In this document: in pieces, positions 16,013 through 24,933 of the stretch
How positions within the stretch are numbered: the first letter of the stretch is position 1
Layout: each line of letters opens with the position of its first letter
Assembly: GCA_021780355.1 (NCBI GenBank)
Contig: JAJXYX010000097.1
Span: 1,594-65,593 of the forward strand
Reading direction: 5' to 3'
DNA: 64,000 bases
DNA from: a bacterium
GTDB lineage: Bacteria > Chlamydiota > Chlamydiia > Chlamydiales > SM23-39
Translations under genes and position numbers: made by a program
The notes under the pieces: generated by a model
Database searches by the model: none
What the model was told of the DNA's origin: nothing
The model's input: the letters and a program-made list of their open reading frames with translations, nothing else

Positions 16013-16408
16013 ATGAGCGATTGGGAAAATTTTCTATTTTTGTTAGGTCGAGTGCTGATTGGGGTTTTTTTTCTTTGGAAAGCTTCAGAAAAAATTCGGC
16101 ATTGGAATGAAGCTGCGAGCATTTTAAAGAAGAAAAAAGTGCCTTATATCTCTTACGTTTTGCCTCTTTCAACGGCTATACAACTTGTGGGCGGTTTGTC
16201 GATCGTTTTAGGGTTATACACTGACATTGGAGCGACTTTCTTAGCTCTTCATATGATCGCTCATATGTACAAAGTGCATAATTTCTGGAATATGAACCAG
16301 GGCCAGGAGAGAAATTTTGAAAAGCTCTCTTTTATGAAAGATCTAGCCATTCTCGGTGAACTTTTTATCTTCATCGTGATCGGCAGCGGACCGTTTAGCA
16401 TCTACTAA
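16013..16408 (+). CDS. DoxX-family membrane protein
   Basis: 131 aa with four predicted TM helices. The N-terminal LLGRVLIGVFFLWKASEKI is typical of DoxX. Confidence 0.65.
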   Translation: MSDWENFLFLLGRVLIGVFFLWKASEKIRHWNEAASILKKKKVPYISYVLPLSTAIQLVGGLSIVLGLYTDIGATFLALHMIAHMYKVHNFWNMNQGQERNFEKLSFMKDLAILGELFIFIVIGSGPFSIY

Positions 16409-16418
16409 CCAAAATTCC

Positions 16419-16544
16419 TCAAAGGGCTCGCGCCCTTTGATGTCCCTTCTTATTTTTGTGTTTTTCCAAAAGAAAAATCAAAAATGGTTTCTTCGAAAGA
16501 AGAACTCCAAAAAATAGAAGGGATTTCAAAGGGCGCGAGCTCGT
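16419..16544. repeat. Palindromic element related to family 2 (126 bp)
   Basis: The left arm TCAAAGGGCTCGCGCCCTTTGATGTCCCTTCTTATTTTTG pairs with the right arm AAAAAATAGAAGGGATTTCAAAGGGCGCGAGCTCG. The left end carries an hp2-like local hairpin, CAAAGGGC-TCGC-GCCCTTTG. It starts 11 nt after the doxX stop. Confidence 0.8.
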
Positions 16545-16552
16545 TTTACTTT

Positions 16553-16865
16553 GGGGGGCTTCGCCCGAAACCCCATTAAGGGACTGTCTCTCCTTATACC
16601 CAACGTGATTCAAAATTTGGCCGCTAGACGGGTTCAAAGCGCAAAAAATCGATTGTTACAAAAGGGGATTGTATTGATTTAATACTACCCCCCTTTGTAA
16701 CAATCGATTTTTGGCAGCTTTCAATCCCGCCTAGCGGCCAAATTTTGAATCACGTTGGGTATAAAACCCCGTTTTCTTTTTTTTTCTATATTTAATAAAA
16801 AACCCAAGGATCAAGGGGTTTTAAGGGGCGATAGCCCCTTAATGGGGTCCGGGGCGAAGCCCCGG
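16553..16865. repeat. Family-2 element (subtype a) interrupted by a family-1 element
   Basis: The left arm GGGGGGCTTCGCCCGAAACCCCATTAAGGGACTGTCTCTCCT (16553-16594) and the right arm ...GGGGTTTTAAGGGGCGATAGCCCCTTAATGGGGTCCGGGGCGAAGCCCC (ending at 16865) are complementary. They are separated by the complete element at 16595-16763. Confidence 0.85.
16595..16763. mobile_element. Family-1 palindromic element, full-length subtype-2 copy (169 bp), nested inside a family-2 element
   Basis: TATACCCAACGTGATTCAAAATTTGGCCGCTAGACGGG-TTCAAAGCGCAAAAAATCGATTGTTACAAAAGGGG-ATTGTATTGATTTAATACTA-CCCCCCTTTGTAACAATCGATTTTTGGCAGCTTTCAATCCCG-CCTAGCGGCCAAATTTTGAATCACGTTGGGTATA. The nesting indicates past mobility. 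There is no coding capacity, so it is non-autonomous. Confidence 0.8.
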
Positions 16866-16883
16866 ATTTGAGGAGATGAAAAA

Positions 16884-18107
16884 TTATCTCTTAGGTTTGT
16901 TGAAGTGTGATCTTTTGGGACGGAATGAGGGTTTTCGCTTAGGACGCGGGAAGGATTTTTTTTCTTGGATTTGAGGTTCCATGCCTTGGATGACGTGGAA
17001 GCTGAGAGATTGTCCTGTGAACTGTTCAATCCGTTTAACGAGGTGGCGATCTTTGGGGGCGGCGAATGAGAGGGCGGTTCCTGTCGCGCCGGCTCTTCCT
17101 GTACGGCCGATGCGGTGGACGTAGTCTTCTGGGCTCATGGGGAGGTCGAAATTGATCACGTGAGTGATGGTTTGCACGTCGATGCCGCGGGCGGCCACGT
17201 CGGTGGCGACGAGGATGCGGATCTCGGATCGGCGCAGGCGCGTGAGGGTTCTCGTCCTTTGACGCTGGTTCATGTCTCCATGAAGCGCCGCTGCTTTGTG
17301 TCCTTGATCGACGAGCTTGTCGGTTAGCTGATCGGCTTGATGTTTGGTCGCAGTGAAAATGATCGTTTGATAGACCGTCTCATCGGATAAAAAGTGATCT
17401 AGCAGCTGGTATTTATGGTTAATGTTATCGACCTTATGGACCCTTTGGTCGATTTGCTCATGCTTTTCATGGGCATGGGCAACGCTGATCTCGAGAGGAT
17501 TTTTCAATAAATTTTTGGATAAATTGATGACGCTGCCTTTGAGGGTAGCTGAGAAGAGGAGCGTCTGTCTTGAAGCGGGGAGGGCCGCCGCAATTTCTTG
17601 AACAGGCTCGATAAAGCCCATATCGAGCATCCGATCCGCTTCGTCGAGGATGAAGAGTTCAACTCCAGAGAGATCGATCCGTCCCCGTTCTAATTGGTCG
17701 ATCAGCCTTCCTGGCGTCGCGACAAGAATTTCATAGGGGCGGGAGAGGTCTCTATTTTGGACGCCGTAGGGGATGCCTCCATAAATGCAAACAGTCTTTG
17801 TTTTAGAGAGATATTTACTATATTTGGCTGCTTCCACTGCAATCTGCATGGCTAATTCGCGGGTTGGCGTCAGAACCAATACACGTGGGCCTCGGGTCTT
17901 TTTGGCAGCAGGAGTCATGAGTTTATGCAGGGCGGGAAGGATGAACGCCGCTGTTTTTCCCGTGCCTGTTTGAGCGGAAGCTCTTAGATCGCAGCCTTTT
18001 AAAATGCTGGGAATCGCTTCTTTTTGAATCGGAGTGGGGGTGGTGTGTCCCATCTCTTCGATCGCTTTCAAGATGAGGGGGTGTAAAGATAATTCTGTAA
18101 ACGCCAT
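16884..18107 (-). CDS. DEAD-box ATP-dependent RNA helicase
   Basis: 407 aa. Q-motif region, AQTGTGKT (motif I), PTRELA, ILDEADRMLDMGF (DEAD), LFSATL (SAT), HRIGRTGRAG (motif VI), and a basic C-terminal tail RPKRKPSFRPKRSHFNKPKR. Confidence 0.9.
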   Translation of the reverse strand: MAFTELSLHPLILKAIEEMGHTTPTPIQKEAIPSILKGCDLRASAQTGTGKTAAFILPALHKLMTPAAKKTRGPRVLVLTPTRELAMQIAVEAAKYSKYLSKTKTVCIYGGIPYGVQNRDLSRPYEILVATPGRLIDQLERGRIDLSGVELFILDEADRMLDMGFIEPVQEIAAALPASRQTLLFSATLKGSVINLSKNLLKNPLEISVAHAHEKHEQIDQRVHKVDNINHKYQLLDHFLSDETVYQTIIFTATKHQADQLTDKLVDQGHKAAALHGDMNQRQRTRTLTRLRRSEIRILVATDVAARGIDVQTITHVINFDLPMSPEDYVHRIGRTGRAGATGTALSFAAPKDRHLVKRIEQFTGQSLSFHVIQGMEPQIQEKKSFPRPKRKPSFRPKRSHFNKPKR

Positions 18108-18219
18108 ATCTGGTATATATTTCCATTTGTTAGGTCAGATAGTTATATCAAGTTTCTATAATAAAAGATAGGGAAATGGGTAAATGAGGGAAAAGAAGCA
18201 GATTTTGAAAAATGTCTAT

Positions 18220-19827
18220 CTATTCGTATGAGACTGGAGGGAAACTATGGAGCTCATCTTGATTGCGCCTGGCCTCGAGTTCATCTCGCTTGGTTTGAAA
18301 GTGTTTTTGCAGCCATTCGCCGACGGAACGCAGCTCGTAGCCTATGACTTGCCGGTCTTGGTTTTTAGAAATTTTACATACGCCAAGAGCGGATTCCGCT
18401 CCTCGGTTCCATTCCAGTTGAGCTGGCTTTAACATGCCATCTTCATTGTAGCCGGTACTTGCGTGGAGGGTCCAGACAAAAAGGGCGGTGATGTGATCTT
18501 TGAAAGGAGCTAAAATGGGTACGTATTGTTTGAAAACTTGTTTTTGTTTTTCTTCATCGATTTCAAAAGAGGGCTTGCCATGGGGCTGAGTTCTAGCGTC
18601 GCATCCGATTTCTGAAATGTGGACAGGGTGGCCCAGTTCGATCGCTTCTTGTAAATTCTCGCTGAGGGATTCAGGGTCGACGGTAGGACCAAAGCTCATC
18701 ACGCTTTTCCCAGGAGGGCAGGTTCCTCCAAAAGAAAGTCCCATTCCCAATGATTTGCAGCCCATATTGTAGATTCGATGGCCTGGAAAATCGACGCCTC
18801 CATTGCCTCCTAAAATGATGTAGGCAGGCCCGTAGAATTGAAGTCCGATGTGATCCAAAAAGCCATTATGCTGCGTGAATTGTTCAGGAGCGATGGAGAA
18901 ATGGATATTAGATAAGAAGCCAGCTTGAAAAGTAAAATTTCCTGTTTTGAAAAATTCATAAATAGCTCGGTGGGCTACTTTATTGGCTAAATCGCAGACA
19001 AAATTTTCTAGTGGATTCCCATTGATCGCATGGAATTTAAGCCATTGATGGGTGATCCCTATTTGAGTTTCTGGTGAAAACGTCTTGGCTTCTACATAAA
19101 TATCGCAGTGGGTTTTTAGCATATTGCCGATCATTCTAGCTGCTTGATCGAGTGAGTTGATCTGCGAGGGATGATCTTTCAACAGGCACTCTAATGTAAA
19201 GGCTCCTATCTCATTGAATGTGTACCAATGGCTGACTTCAGGAAAGAGCTGGATCATATCTAGCGCGTATTCTTTATAAACAGGACCATTTTCTTCATAT
19301 TTAAACGCTCCTCTTTCTTCGAACCATAAAGGGTGGACGAAGTGATGAAGCGTGATGTAGGGCTCTATGTGATTGGCTAATAAGAGGTGGATGAAGCGGC
19401 GGTAAAGAGCGATCGCTTCTTCGCTATAGGTTCCTTTGAAAGCGGGTTGAATCACGGACCATTCGAGAGAAAAACGGTACGCCGTGGATCCTTGCTTTTT
19501 AAGAATATTGACGTAAGCCTCAGGATCTCGGAGGATATCAATGAAAAACTGAGGAAAATCTTTTTCATGAGTTCCATCAATATGTTTTGAGGTAAGCCAA
19601 GGATCCCAATGGCAAGTGCCCTCTAATCCTTGTGTTGCCGAATATCTAGATCCGATGCCGGAATCTTGGAACATTGAGCTTGCGTAGCCCACGTGATCAG
19701 GCAGTATGGAATGGAAGGAAAGACCTTCTTGCTTTAGAGAGCCAGGTGCGCAGCTCTCTTGGGCTTGAATGGCGGTAAGCCAAAAAATGGCGAAAAGCGG
19801 CAAGCGGTCAAGCAAAAAGGTCATCAT
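18220..19827 (-). CDS. Glycoside hydrolase family 1 (beta-glucosidase-like) with signal peptide
   Basis: 535 aa. The N-terminus MMTFLLDRLPLFAIFWLTAIQAQE looks like a signal peptide. GH1 motifs: YRFSLEWSVIQP, TLHHFVHPLWF, acid/base Glu in YTFNEIG, nucleophile Glu in HISEIGC. The start lies 3 nt downstream of the htrA stop. Confidence 0.8.
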   Translation of the reverse strand: MMTFLLDRLPLFAIFWLTAIQAQESCAPGSLKQEGLSFHSILPDHVGYASSMFQDSGIGSRYSATQGLEGTCHWDPWLTSKHIDGTHEKDFPQFFIDILRDPEAYVNILKKQGSTAYRFSLEWSVIQPAFKGTYSEEAIALYRRFIHLLLANHIEPYITLHHFVHPLWFEERGAFKYEENGPVYKEYALDMIQLFPEVSHWYTFNEIGAFTLECLLKDHPSQINSLDQAARMIGNMLKTHCDIYVEAKTFSPETQIGITHQWLKFHAINGNPLENFVCDLANKVAHRAIYEFFKTGNFTFQAGFLSNIHFSIAPEQFTQHNGFLDHIGLQFYGPAYIILGGNGGVDFPGHRIYNMGCKSLGMGLSFGGTCPPGKSVMSFGPTVDPESLSENLQEAIELGHPVHISEIGCDARTQPHGKPSFEIDEEKQKQVFKQYVPILAPFKDHITALFVWTLHASTGYNEDGMLKPAQLEWNRGAESALGVCKISKNQDRQVIGYELRSVGEWLQKHFQTKRDELEARRNQDELHSFPPVSYE

Positions 19828-19830
19828 CTG

Positions 19831-21282
19831 CTAATTGATTTTAAGTGTGTAATAACGTTGATAATTTTGATGTCGAATGATCAAAATAATATATTTTTTG
19901 CTGCCGATGGTTTTTAAAACCTCTTCAAGTTCTTCGACATTATGCACCTTTTTCTGGTCGTTCCAGTCGGTAGCTACGCCTGTGATGATAAAAGAGGGGC
20001 GAAGGCCTGCAGAGGCCGCTATCGATCCGGGTTTAACTTTTGTGATGACAACGCCAGTTACATCGGATCCATAGCCAAAACGAGACGCAAATTCGGGGGT
20101 GAGATTTTCAATATCTAAGCCGAGCTGCTGAATCACCTCTGCAGAGATGATCTCACCTTCCGATTGAGATCCCATGGAGGCGGTAATTTTTATCGTTTTC
20201 CCGCTGCGCAAAATGGTGAGCATGATCGTAGAGCCTGGAGGCATCATGGCGATTTCATTGCGGAACTTTGTCATCGATTTGATCGGCTTATTGTCGTAGG
20301 CCAAAATAATATCGCCTTGTTGTAAACCGGCTTTTTCGGCGGGAGATCCTTTGACGACATCCGAAATCAAAATGCCTTCTTGTTTTTCGAGCGACATCGC
20401 TTCGGCGAGCTGTTTATCTACAGGTTGTAGAAGCACTCCTAGATAGGCTCTCTTGACGCTGCCACCTTGAATGATTTGGTCTGCGATATGTTGGACCATT
20501 TTGCTAGGGATTGAAAGTCCTATCCCCATATAGCCGCCGCTTCGGGTCATGATGGCTGTGTTTACGCCGATCACATCGCCGTGCAAATTGAGTAGAGGTC
20601 CTCCTGAATTGCCTGGATTGATAGCTGCGTCTGTTTGGATGAAATCCTCAAAGGCTGCAATGCCTAAGTCCTGCCGCCCCTTGGCGCTGACGACGCCGAC
20701 AGTTAAACTCGCTTCAAGAGCAAACGGATTGCCGATGGCCACTACCCATTCTCCGATGTCTAAAGAATCGGAATCTCCGAATTTTAAAAAGGGAAATGCT
20801 TCCCCTTCAATCTTGAGAACGGCCAGATCTGTTCTAGGATCAGAGCCTTTGACTATGGCCGTAAATTCCCTGCCGTCATTGAGTACAACCGTGATTTGTT
20901 TTGCGTCTTTGATCACATGGGAGTTCGTGACAATATGGCCATCTGCCGAAATAAAAAATCCAGATCCGCTAGCAGTTGGTGGCTGCATGGGCTGTTGAGG
21001 TCTGCCGAAGGGGGAATTGCCAAAAAAGCGCTGAAAAAAATCGTCTCCACGGAAATCAAATGGACTCATGTATTCTTCTTGCTGAGGAGCGCAAAGGGTG
21101 GTTTTAATAAAGACTGTAGCAGGCATAGCTGTTTTGGCTATTCGGGTAAAAGCTTTCGAGGTTTGTTCTAGTAAACTCGTTCCGTTGCCTTCTGGCGCAG
21201 GTTTTTCTTCTGCAAACAGGAAATGGGCAGAGAAAGCAAGGGCTCCAAGCAAGAAAAGATGGGTTTTTTTAGGTGATGCCAT
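19831..21282 (-). CDS. htrA: Periplasmic serine protease HtrA/DegP (trypsin domain plus two PDZ domains)
   Basis: 483 aa with a signal peptide. Catalytic His in IVTNSHVI, Asp in DLAVLKI, Ser in GNSGGPLLN. Two PDZ-like regions follow (GSPAEKAGLQQGDIIL; GSIAASAGLRPSFIIT). Confidence 0.9.
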   Translation of the reverse strand: MASPKKTHLFLLGALAFSAHFLFAEEKPAPEGNGTSLLEQTSKAFTRIAKTAMPATVFIKTTLCAPQQEEYMSPFDFRGDDFFQRFFGNSPFGRPQQPMQPPTASGSGFFISADGHIVTNSHVIKDAKQITVVLNDGREFTAIVKGSDPRTDLAVLKIEGEAFPFLKFGDSDSLDIGEWVVAIGNPFALEASLTVGVVSAKGRQDLGIAAFEDFIQTDAAINPGNSGGPLLNLHGDVIGVNTAIMTRSGGYMGIGLSIPSKMVQHIADQIIQGGSVKRAYLGVLLQPVDKQLAEAMSLEKQEGILISDVVKGSPAEKAGLQQGDIILAYDNKPIKSMTKFRNEIAMMPPGSTIMLTILRSGKTIKITASMGSQSEGEIISAEVIQQLGLDIENLTPEFASRFGYGSDVTGVVITKVKPGSIAASAGLRPSFIITGVATDWNDQKKVHNVEELEEVLKTIGSKKYIILIIRHQNYQRYYTLKIN

Positions 21283-21371
21283 TGGGTTTTTCCTCCTTGA
21301 TAAAAAGCCCTTGAATGTAGCAATTTATTGAAAATATTTCAAGCCGTTTTCCCTCCAAAAAAAACAGTTTT

Positions 21372-21405
21372 TATACCGTTCGTGACTCAAGAATCGGCTA
21401 TTGGA
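21372..21405. repeat. Family-1 element, solo terminal arm (34 bp)
   Basis: TATACCGTTCGTGACTCAAGAATCGGCTATTGGA. Read on the minus strand, it encodes the last five residues (PIADS) and the TGA stop of the M16 peptidase. Confidence 0.85.
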
Positions 21406-24347
21406 GCGCTGAGTTCTGCGCAGTAAATGTTGTGAGACGCGATATGTTCTCTTTCTTGCTTATATAAATCCGCGCCTAAAAAGGTGATTGTCGTCCTTTG
21501 AAGCGGAAGCAAGCGATGTTGGACGGCAGCTGCTATGTCCGAAGAAGTGGCCTCTAGGATTGCATTCCTAAAAGCTTGTCTTTGCTCTTGTGTTATTCCA
21601 GAGCGGTGCCAGCCATAAGGCGTCAGGGTTCGATATCCTGGCGGAGTGGGAGTGTCTAATCCTTGGATAACGCCAAATTTTGCCTCTTCCAAATCGTCTT
21701 CATTAAAATTGCCTGCGGCGATTTGTTCTAAGGCTTGCTGGAAGGTGGAAAGAGTTTTGGATAAGTGAGGATCTCGATAGGAATAGAGATAAAAATTACC
21801 CGTGGTGGGGGAGTAATTGGCCCCGCTACCATAGGCTCCTCCTTTTTCCCGAATCTCTGTGTGCAGCACGATATTGTCGAGCAGGTCGGCGGCGATGAGG
21901 AGAAAAGGGCTCTCTTTTTCCTTGCAGCTGCAAGTACGCAGAGTTTGCGCAGTAAATGCAACGGGCGAGGCGATGACATGGGCTTGAGAAGAGACCAAAG
22001 GGACATGATATTTTCCCGTCCATGGTTCCCATGTCGGTTTTCTCATCTTACCTAGCTTTTCTGGCAGGCCGTAGTAGCGATTTTGCTCAATGTCATGCCG
22101 GTGTGTTTCGTCGCAGGCTAAAATGAGTTGGGAAGGTCCTGTAAAAAGAATCTTTTGCAGGGCTTTCAAGCCATCGATCCAATCGGTATTTTTTGTCCAG
22201 GCTTGTACGGCTTTAAAATAAGGGAGCCCATGCCATTCATTGTACGCAAAAGAGGAAGCTGAAAGGCCGCTGAAGCCTAGCTGGATGGCGTAGTGCAGTG
22301 CGCTTTTGTTAAAGCGGTTTTGCAGTTCTGTGGCATGTTGCAAGAGCCATTCGCGCAATCTTTTTTCATCTGTCAAGTCGATGCCATTCGAAAAATCCCT
22401 GAGCAACTCGAAAAGAGATGAGGTATGTCTTTTCAGCGCTTTGATCCGAATGCCAAAAGCCGGGGTGCATTGGTTGGGATCTGCAAAAGTGGGATAAAGA
22501 GAGAGGCTTGCCGATACGCCACCTGTGCAGGCTTCAATCTTGGCTAAATTGTCTGCGTAGTTGCGTCCGGCGCATCCCATTTCTGCGAATAAGCGGGCAT
22601 AAAGAGAGAGAAGAGGAAGTTCTTTAGCAGAAATTTCAGGGAGGTCGAACAGTAGGTCTGCATAGAGGATTTGATTGGTAAAACAATCGGAATAAAATAT
22701 AGGGACATTGTTGATGGATTCGGAAGCGAGCGGAAGATGCTGCGGTTTTCGAGGCACGTCGTGCAGTGTCACTGTGGGCAGGCAATCGAGCGGGATGTTT
22801 TCTTGCTCTTCTTGAAAAGCTTTGAGAGTTTTTGCTTGTAAAACGATCTCTTCGCATTCTTTAGAGGTCATTTGCTGCTTTAAATCTTCTAAACGCTTTT
22901 CTTCCCGCGATTTTTCTTGCTGCTCTAATGTAGGATCGGGATGCATCGAAAGGACAACGTAATGGGGATTGTTTAAAAGATACGTTCGCACAAGATCGGG
23001 CAAGAAGGAGGGGTTTTGTAATCGATTGCGCAAATCGTCAAAGAGGGAATGAATCAATAGAGTGTGTTCAGGTGCGATGCCTTGCTGTTTTGCTAGAGCG
23101 GCCCGAAAGAAAAGGGTAAGGCCAAAAGGGATCCCTTCTGCGCCGATTTCTGTCCTCTCAAATTCTAGTTGGTGCAAGGCCGTTTCGATGGCTTGAGGAT
23201 CGATAGGATGGGCGATAAATTGTTGCAGCGTATCAAAACAAAGCGCTTTGATCTTTTCGGCCGCCTCTTTTGCGCATCCCTTGGCTATAACGGTGAAAGG
23301 GACTTCGCTCATTTCTAAATCGAGAGAAGCTTCCGCTTGTCCGCAAAGGCCCGATTGAAGAAGCGCTTTTTTCAAAAAGGATGCATCTGTGTCCATCAGA
23401 ATACTGGCAATTAAGCTAAGCCCTAACAAATCTGTCTGCTGGGAAATGGACGCTGTAAGCCAGCTGATCGCAATGAGTGTTTTTTTCTCAGGAGATTCGT
23501 GAGCGGAAATGGGATATTTGCCTTCAGCATGCCGTGGCGCTGTAAATCGCTTTTGCAAAGGCATTGGGGGCAGCTGGGGAATTTTTTTTGTTTGTTTGAA
23601 CACGTGATGAAGAAGGAAATCGAGATGTTGGACGAGCGGCAGATTGCCGTAAAAAAAGAAAAGACATCGAGAGGGGTGATAAAATGTTTGATGAAACTCG
23701 ATCAATTCTTCGAGAGTTAAATTGGGGATTTCTTCCGGGTCTCCTCCGGAATTATGGGCGTAAGTGAGATCGGGTGTCAGCAAGGCTCCTAACATTTTCG
23801 ATAAGCGCGAATCGGGGGAGTTCATCGCCCCTTTCATTTCATTATAGACAATACCTTGAAAAGTGAGTGGAGAAGAACTGTCTTCAGGTTCTGCAAAGGC
23901 AAGTCGATGTCCTTCTTGTAAAAAGCTCTCTTTTCTCAAATTGGGATGAAAGACAGCATCCAGATAGACTTCAAGTAGATTGTAAAAATCCTTTTCCACG
24001 AGTGAGCTCGCAGGATAGCAAGTAAAATCCTGCCCTGTTAGCGCGTTCATGTAGGTATTCAAACTGCGCCTTGTCATCGCAAAAAAAGGATCTTTGATGG
24101 GAAATTTTTTAGAGCCGCAAAGAACGGTGTGCTCTAAGATATGGGCGACTCCATTTGAGCTGTCAGGCAAAGTTTGAAATGAGAGGGAAAAGAGGTTCTC
24201 TTCATCTTCGTTGACAATATGCATGACGCGGGCCCCCGTGGGTTCGTGAACCAGTTCAACGAGAGTGCTTTGCAGCTCTGCTAAGGGGAGATATTGGGTG
24301 ATGCGAAATTGGTGATAAGTTTGTCCGATGGCGTTGAGTGCTTTCAT
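21387..24347 (-). CDS. M16-family zinc metallopeptidase (pitrilysin/PreP-like, ~1000 aa)
   Basis: 986 aa. The inverted zinc motif HxxEH is in GVAHILEHTVLCGS, with a downstream Glu in YNEMKG. The four-domain length is typical of M16C presequence-protease-like enzymes. Confidence 0.85.
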   Translation of the reverse strand: MKALNAIGQTYHQFRITQYLPLAELQSTLVELVHEPTGARVMHIVNEDEENLFSLSFQTLPDSSNGVAHILEHTVLCGSKKFPIKDPFFAMTRRSLNTYMNALTGQDFTCYPASSLVEKDFYNLLEVYLDAVFHPNLRKESFLQEGHRLAFAEPEDSSSPLTFQGIVYNEMKGAMNSPDSRLSKMLGALLTPDLTYAHNSGGDPEEIPNLTLEELIEFHQTFYHPSRCLFFFYGNLPLVQHLDFLLHHVFKQTKKIPQLPPMPLQKRFTAPRHAEGKYPISAHESPEKKTLIAISWLTASISQQTDLLGLSLIASILMDTDASFLKKALLQSGLCGQAEASLDLEMSEVPFTVIAKGCAKEAAEKIKALCFDTLQQFIAHPIDPQAIETALHQLEFERTEIGAEGIPFGLTLFFRAALAKQQGIAPEHTLLIHSLFDDLRNRLQNPSFLPDLVRTYLLNNPHYVVLSMHPDPTLEQQEKSREEKRLEDLKQQMTSKECEEIVLQAKTLKAFQEEQENIPLDCLPTVTLHDVPRKPQHLPLASESINNVPIFYSDCFTNQILYADLLFDLPEISAKELPLLSLYARLFAEMGCAGRNYADNLAKIEACTGGVSASLSLYPTFADPNQCTPAFGIRIKALKRHTSSLFELLRDFSNGIDLTDEKRLREWLLQHATELQNRFNKSALHYAIQLGFSGLSASSFAYNEWHGLPYFKAVQAWTKNTDWIDGLKALQKILFTGPSQLILACDETHRHDIEQNRYYGLPEKLGKMRKPTWEPWTGKYHVPLVSSQAHVIASPVAFTAQTLRTCSCKEKESPFLLIAADLLDNIVLHTEIREKGGAYGSGANYSPTTGNFYLYSYRDPHLSKTLSTFQQALEQIAAGNFNEDDLEEAKFGVIQGLDTPTPPGYRTLTPYGWHRSGITQEQRQAFRNAILEATSSDIAAAVQHRLLPLQRTTITFLGADLYKQEREHIASHNIYCAELSAPIADS

Positions 24348-24391
24348 AAGTCCCTTTTCAAAAGAAGCTCATTCTATACGAAAGGGGAGTT

Positions 24392-24472
24392 TATACCTAA
24401 CGTGATGCAAAATTTAGCCGCTAGGCGGGATTGAAAGCGCCAAAAATCGATTCTTGAGTCACGAACGGTATA
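24392..24472. repeat. Family-1 element, chimeric 81-bp copy (subtype-2 end plus subtype-1 end)
   Basis: TATACCTAACGTGATGCAAAATTTAGCCGCTAGGCGGGATTGAAAGCGCCAAAAATCGA joined directly to TTCTTGAGTCACGAACGGTATA. The left end matches the arms at 16595-16763 and the right end matches the arms at 4588/10331/21372. Confidence 0.85.
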
Positions 24473-24511
24473 CACCTTGCATCCCCTTTTCAGGAGATGC
24501 AAGATGTTGAA

Positions 24512-24820
24512 TTACACTCTTTTGGAAGTTCTTTTAGGCTGCTTAGGAAGGTGGTCGATCCATCGGACGCATTCGCGGGCCATGTAGTTGCATTCTCCCA
24601 AGAGAAGCATAAGGTGGTTTTTGTCTTCGAGCAGGATTTGAGGGCTTGCGTGTCTTTTTACATCGTTTTGGAGCTTGGCCCAGGCGGCGTTGATTTGTTT
24701 TTCTATGGTTCTATAGGCTTCCCATTGGAGTTGAGGATTGATCATGTCGGCGGGATAAGTAGTTGGCTGTTTGTATTTTGCTTTTTTTGAGTAAGTTGCC
24801 TTGTTTTTTTTTCTGACCAT
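24512..24820 (-). CDS. Small basic hypothetical protein (102 aa)
   Basis: ORF with Lys-rich termini (MVRKKNKATYSKKAKYK...KQPKRTSKRV) and a helical middle. No motif recognised. Confidence 0.5.
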   Translation of the reverse strand: MVRKKNKATYSKKAKYKQPTTYPADMINPQLQWEAYRTIEKQINAAWAKLQNDVKRHASPQILLEDKNHLMLLLGECNYMARECVRWIDHLPKQPKRTSKRV

Positions 24821-24933
24821 GGGAGCCTCTTGGTTCTTTGGTTTTTACCTTCTTTTCTTTATAGTATCAATCTGTTGATAAAAAATCAAATTTATTTGTG
24901 TTAATTTGTGCTTTTAAGTTTTTTGCGAATTTA

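Noticed and set aside
16419-16865. Possible CRISPR array, given the many short repeated palindromic units here and at 50155-50460
   Set aside because: There is no constant direct repeat alternating with unique spacers of uniform length. The units are inverted rather than direct, or are 120-bp tandem copies. No cas genes are in the window.
16419-17029. Track ORFs 16419-16637 (-) and 16811-17029 (-)
   Set aside because: Both are largely translations of stacked palindromic repeats. The second also overlaps the 3' end of the helicase gene out of frame.
24512-24820. Idea that the 102-aa basic protein is an ortholog of a chlamydial late-transcription-unit or histone-like protein
   Set aside because: I cannot reproduce a reliable alignment from memory, so it is left as hypothetical.
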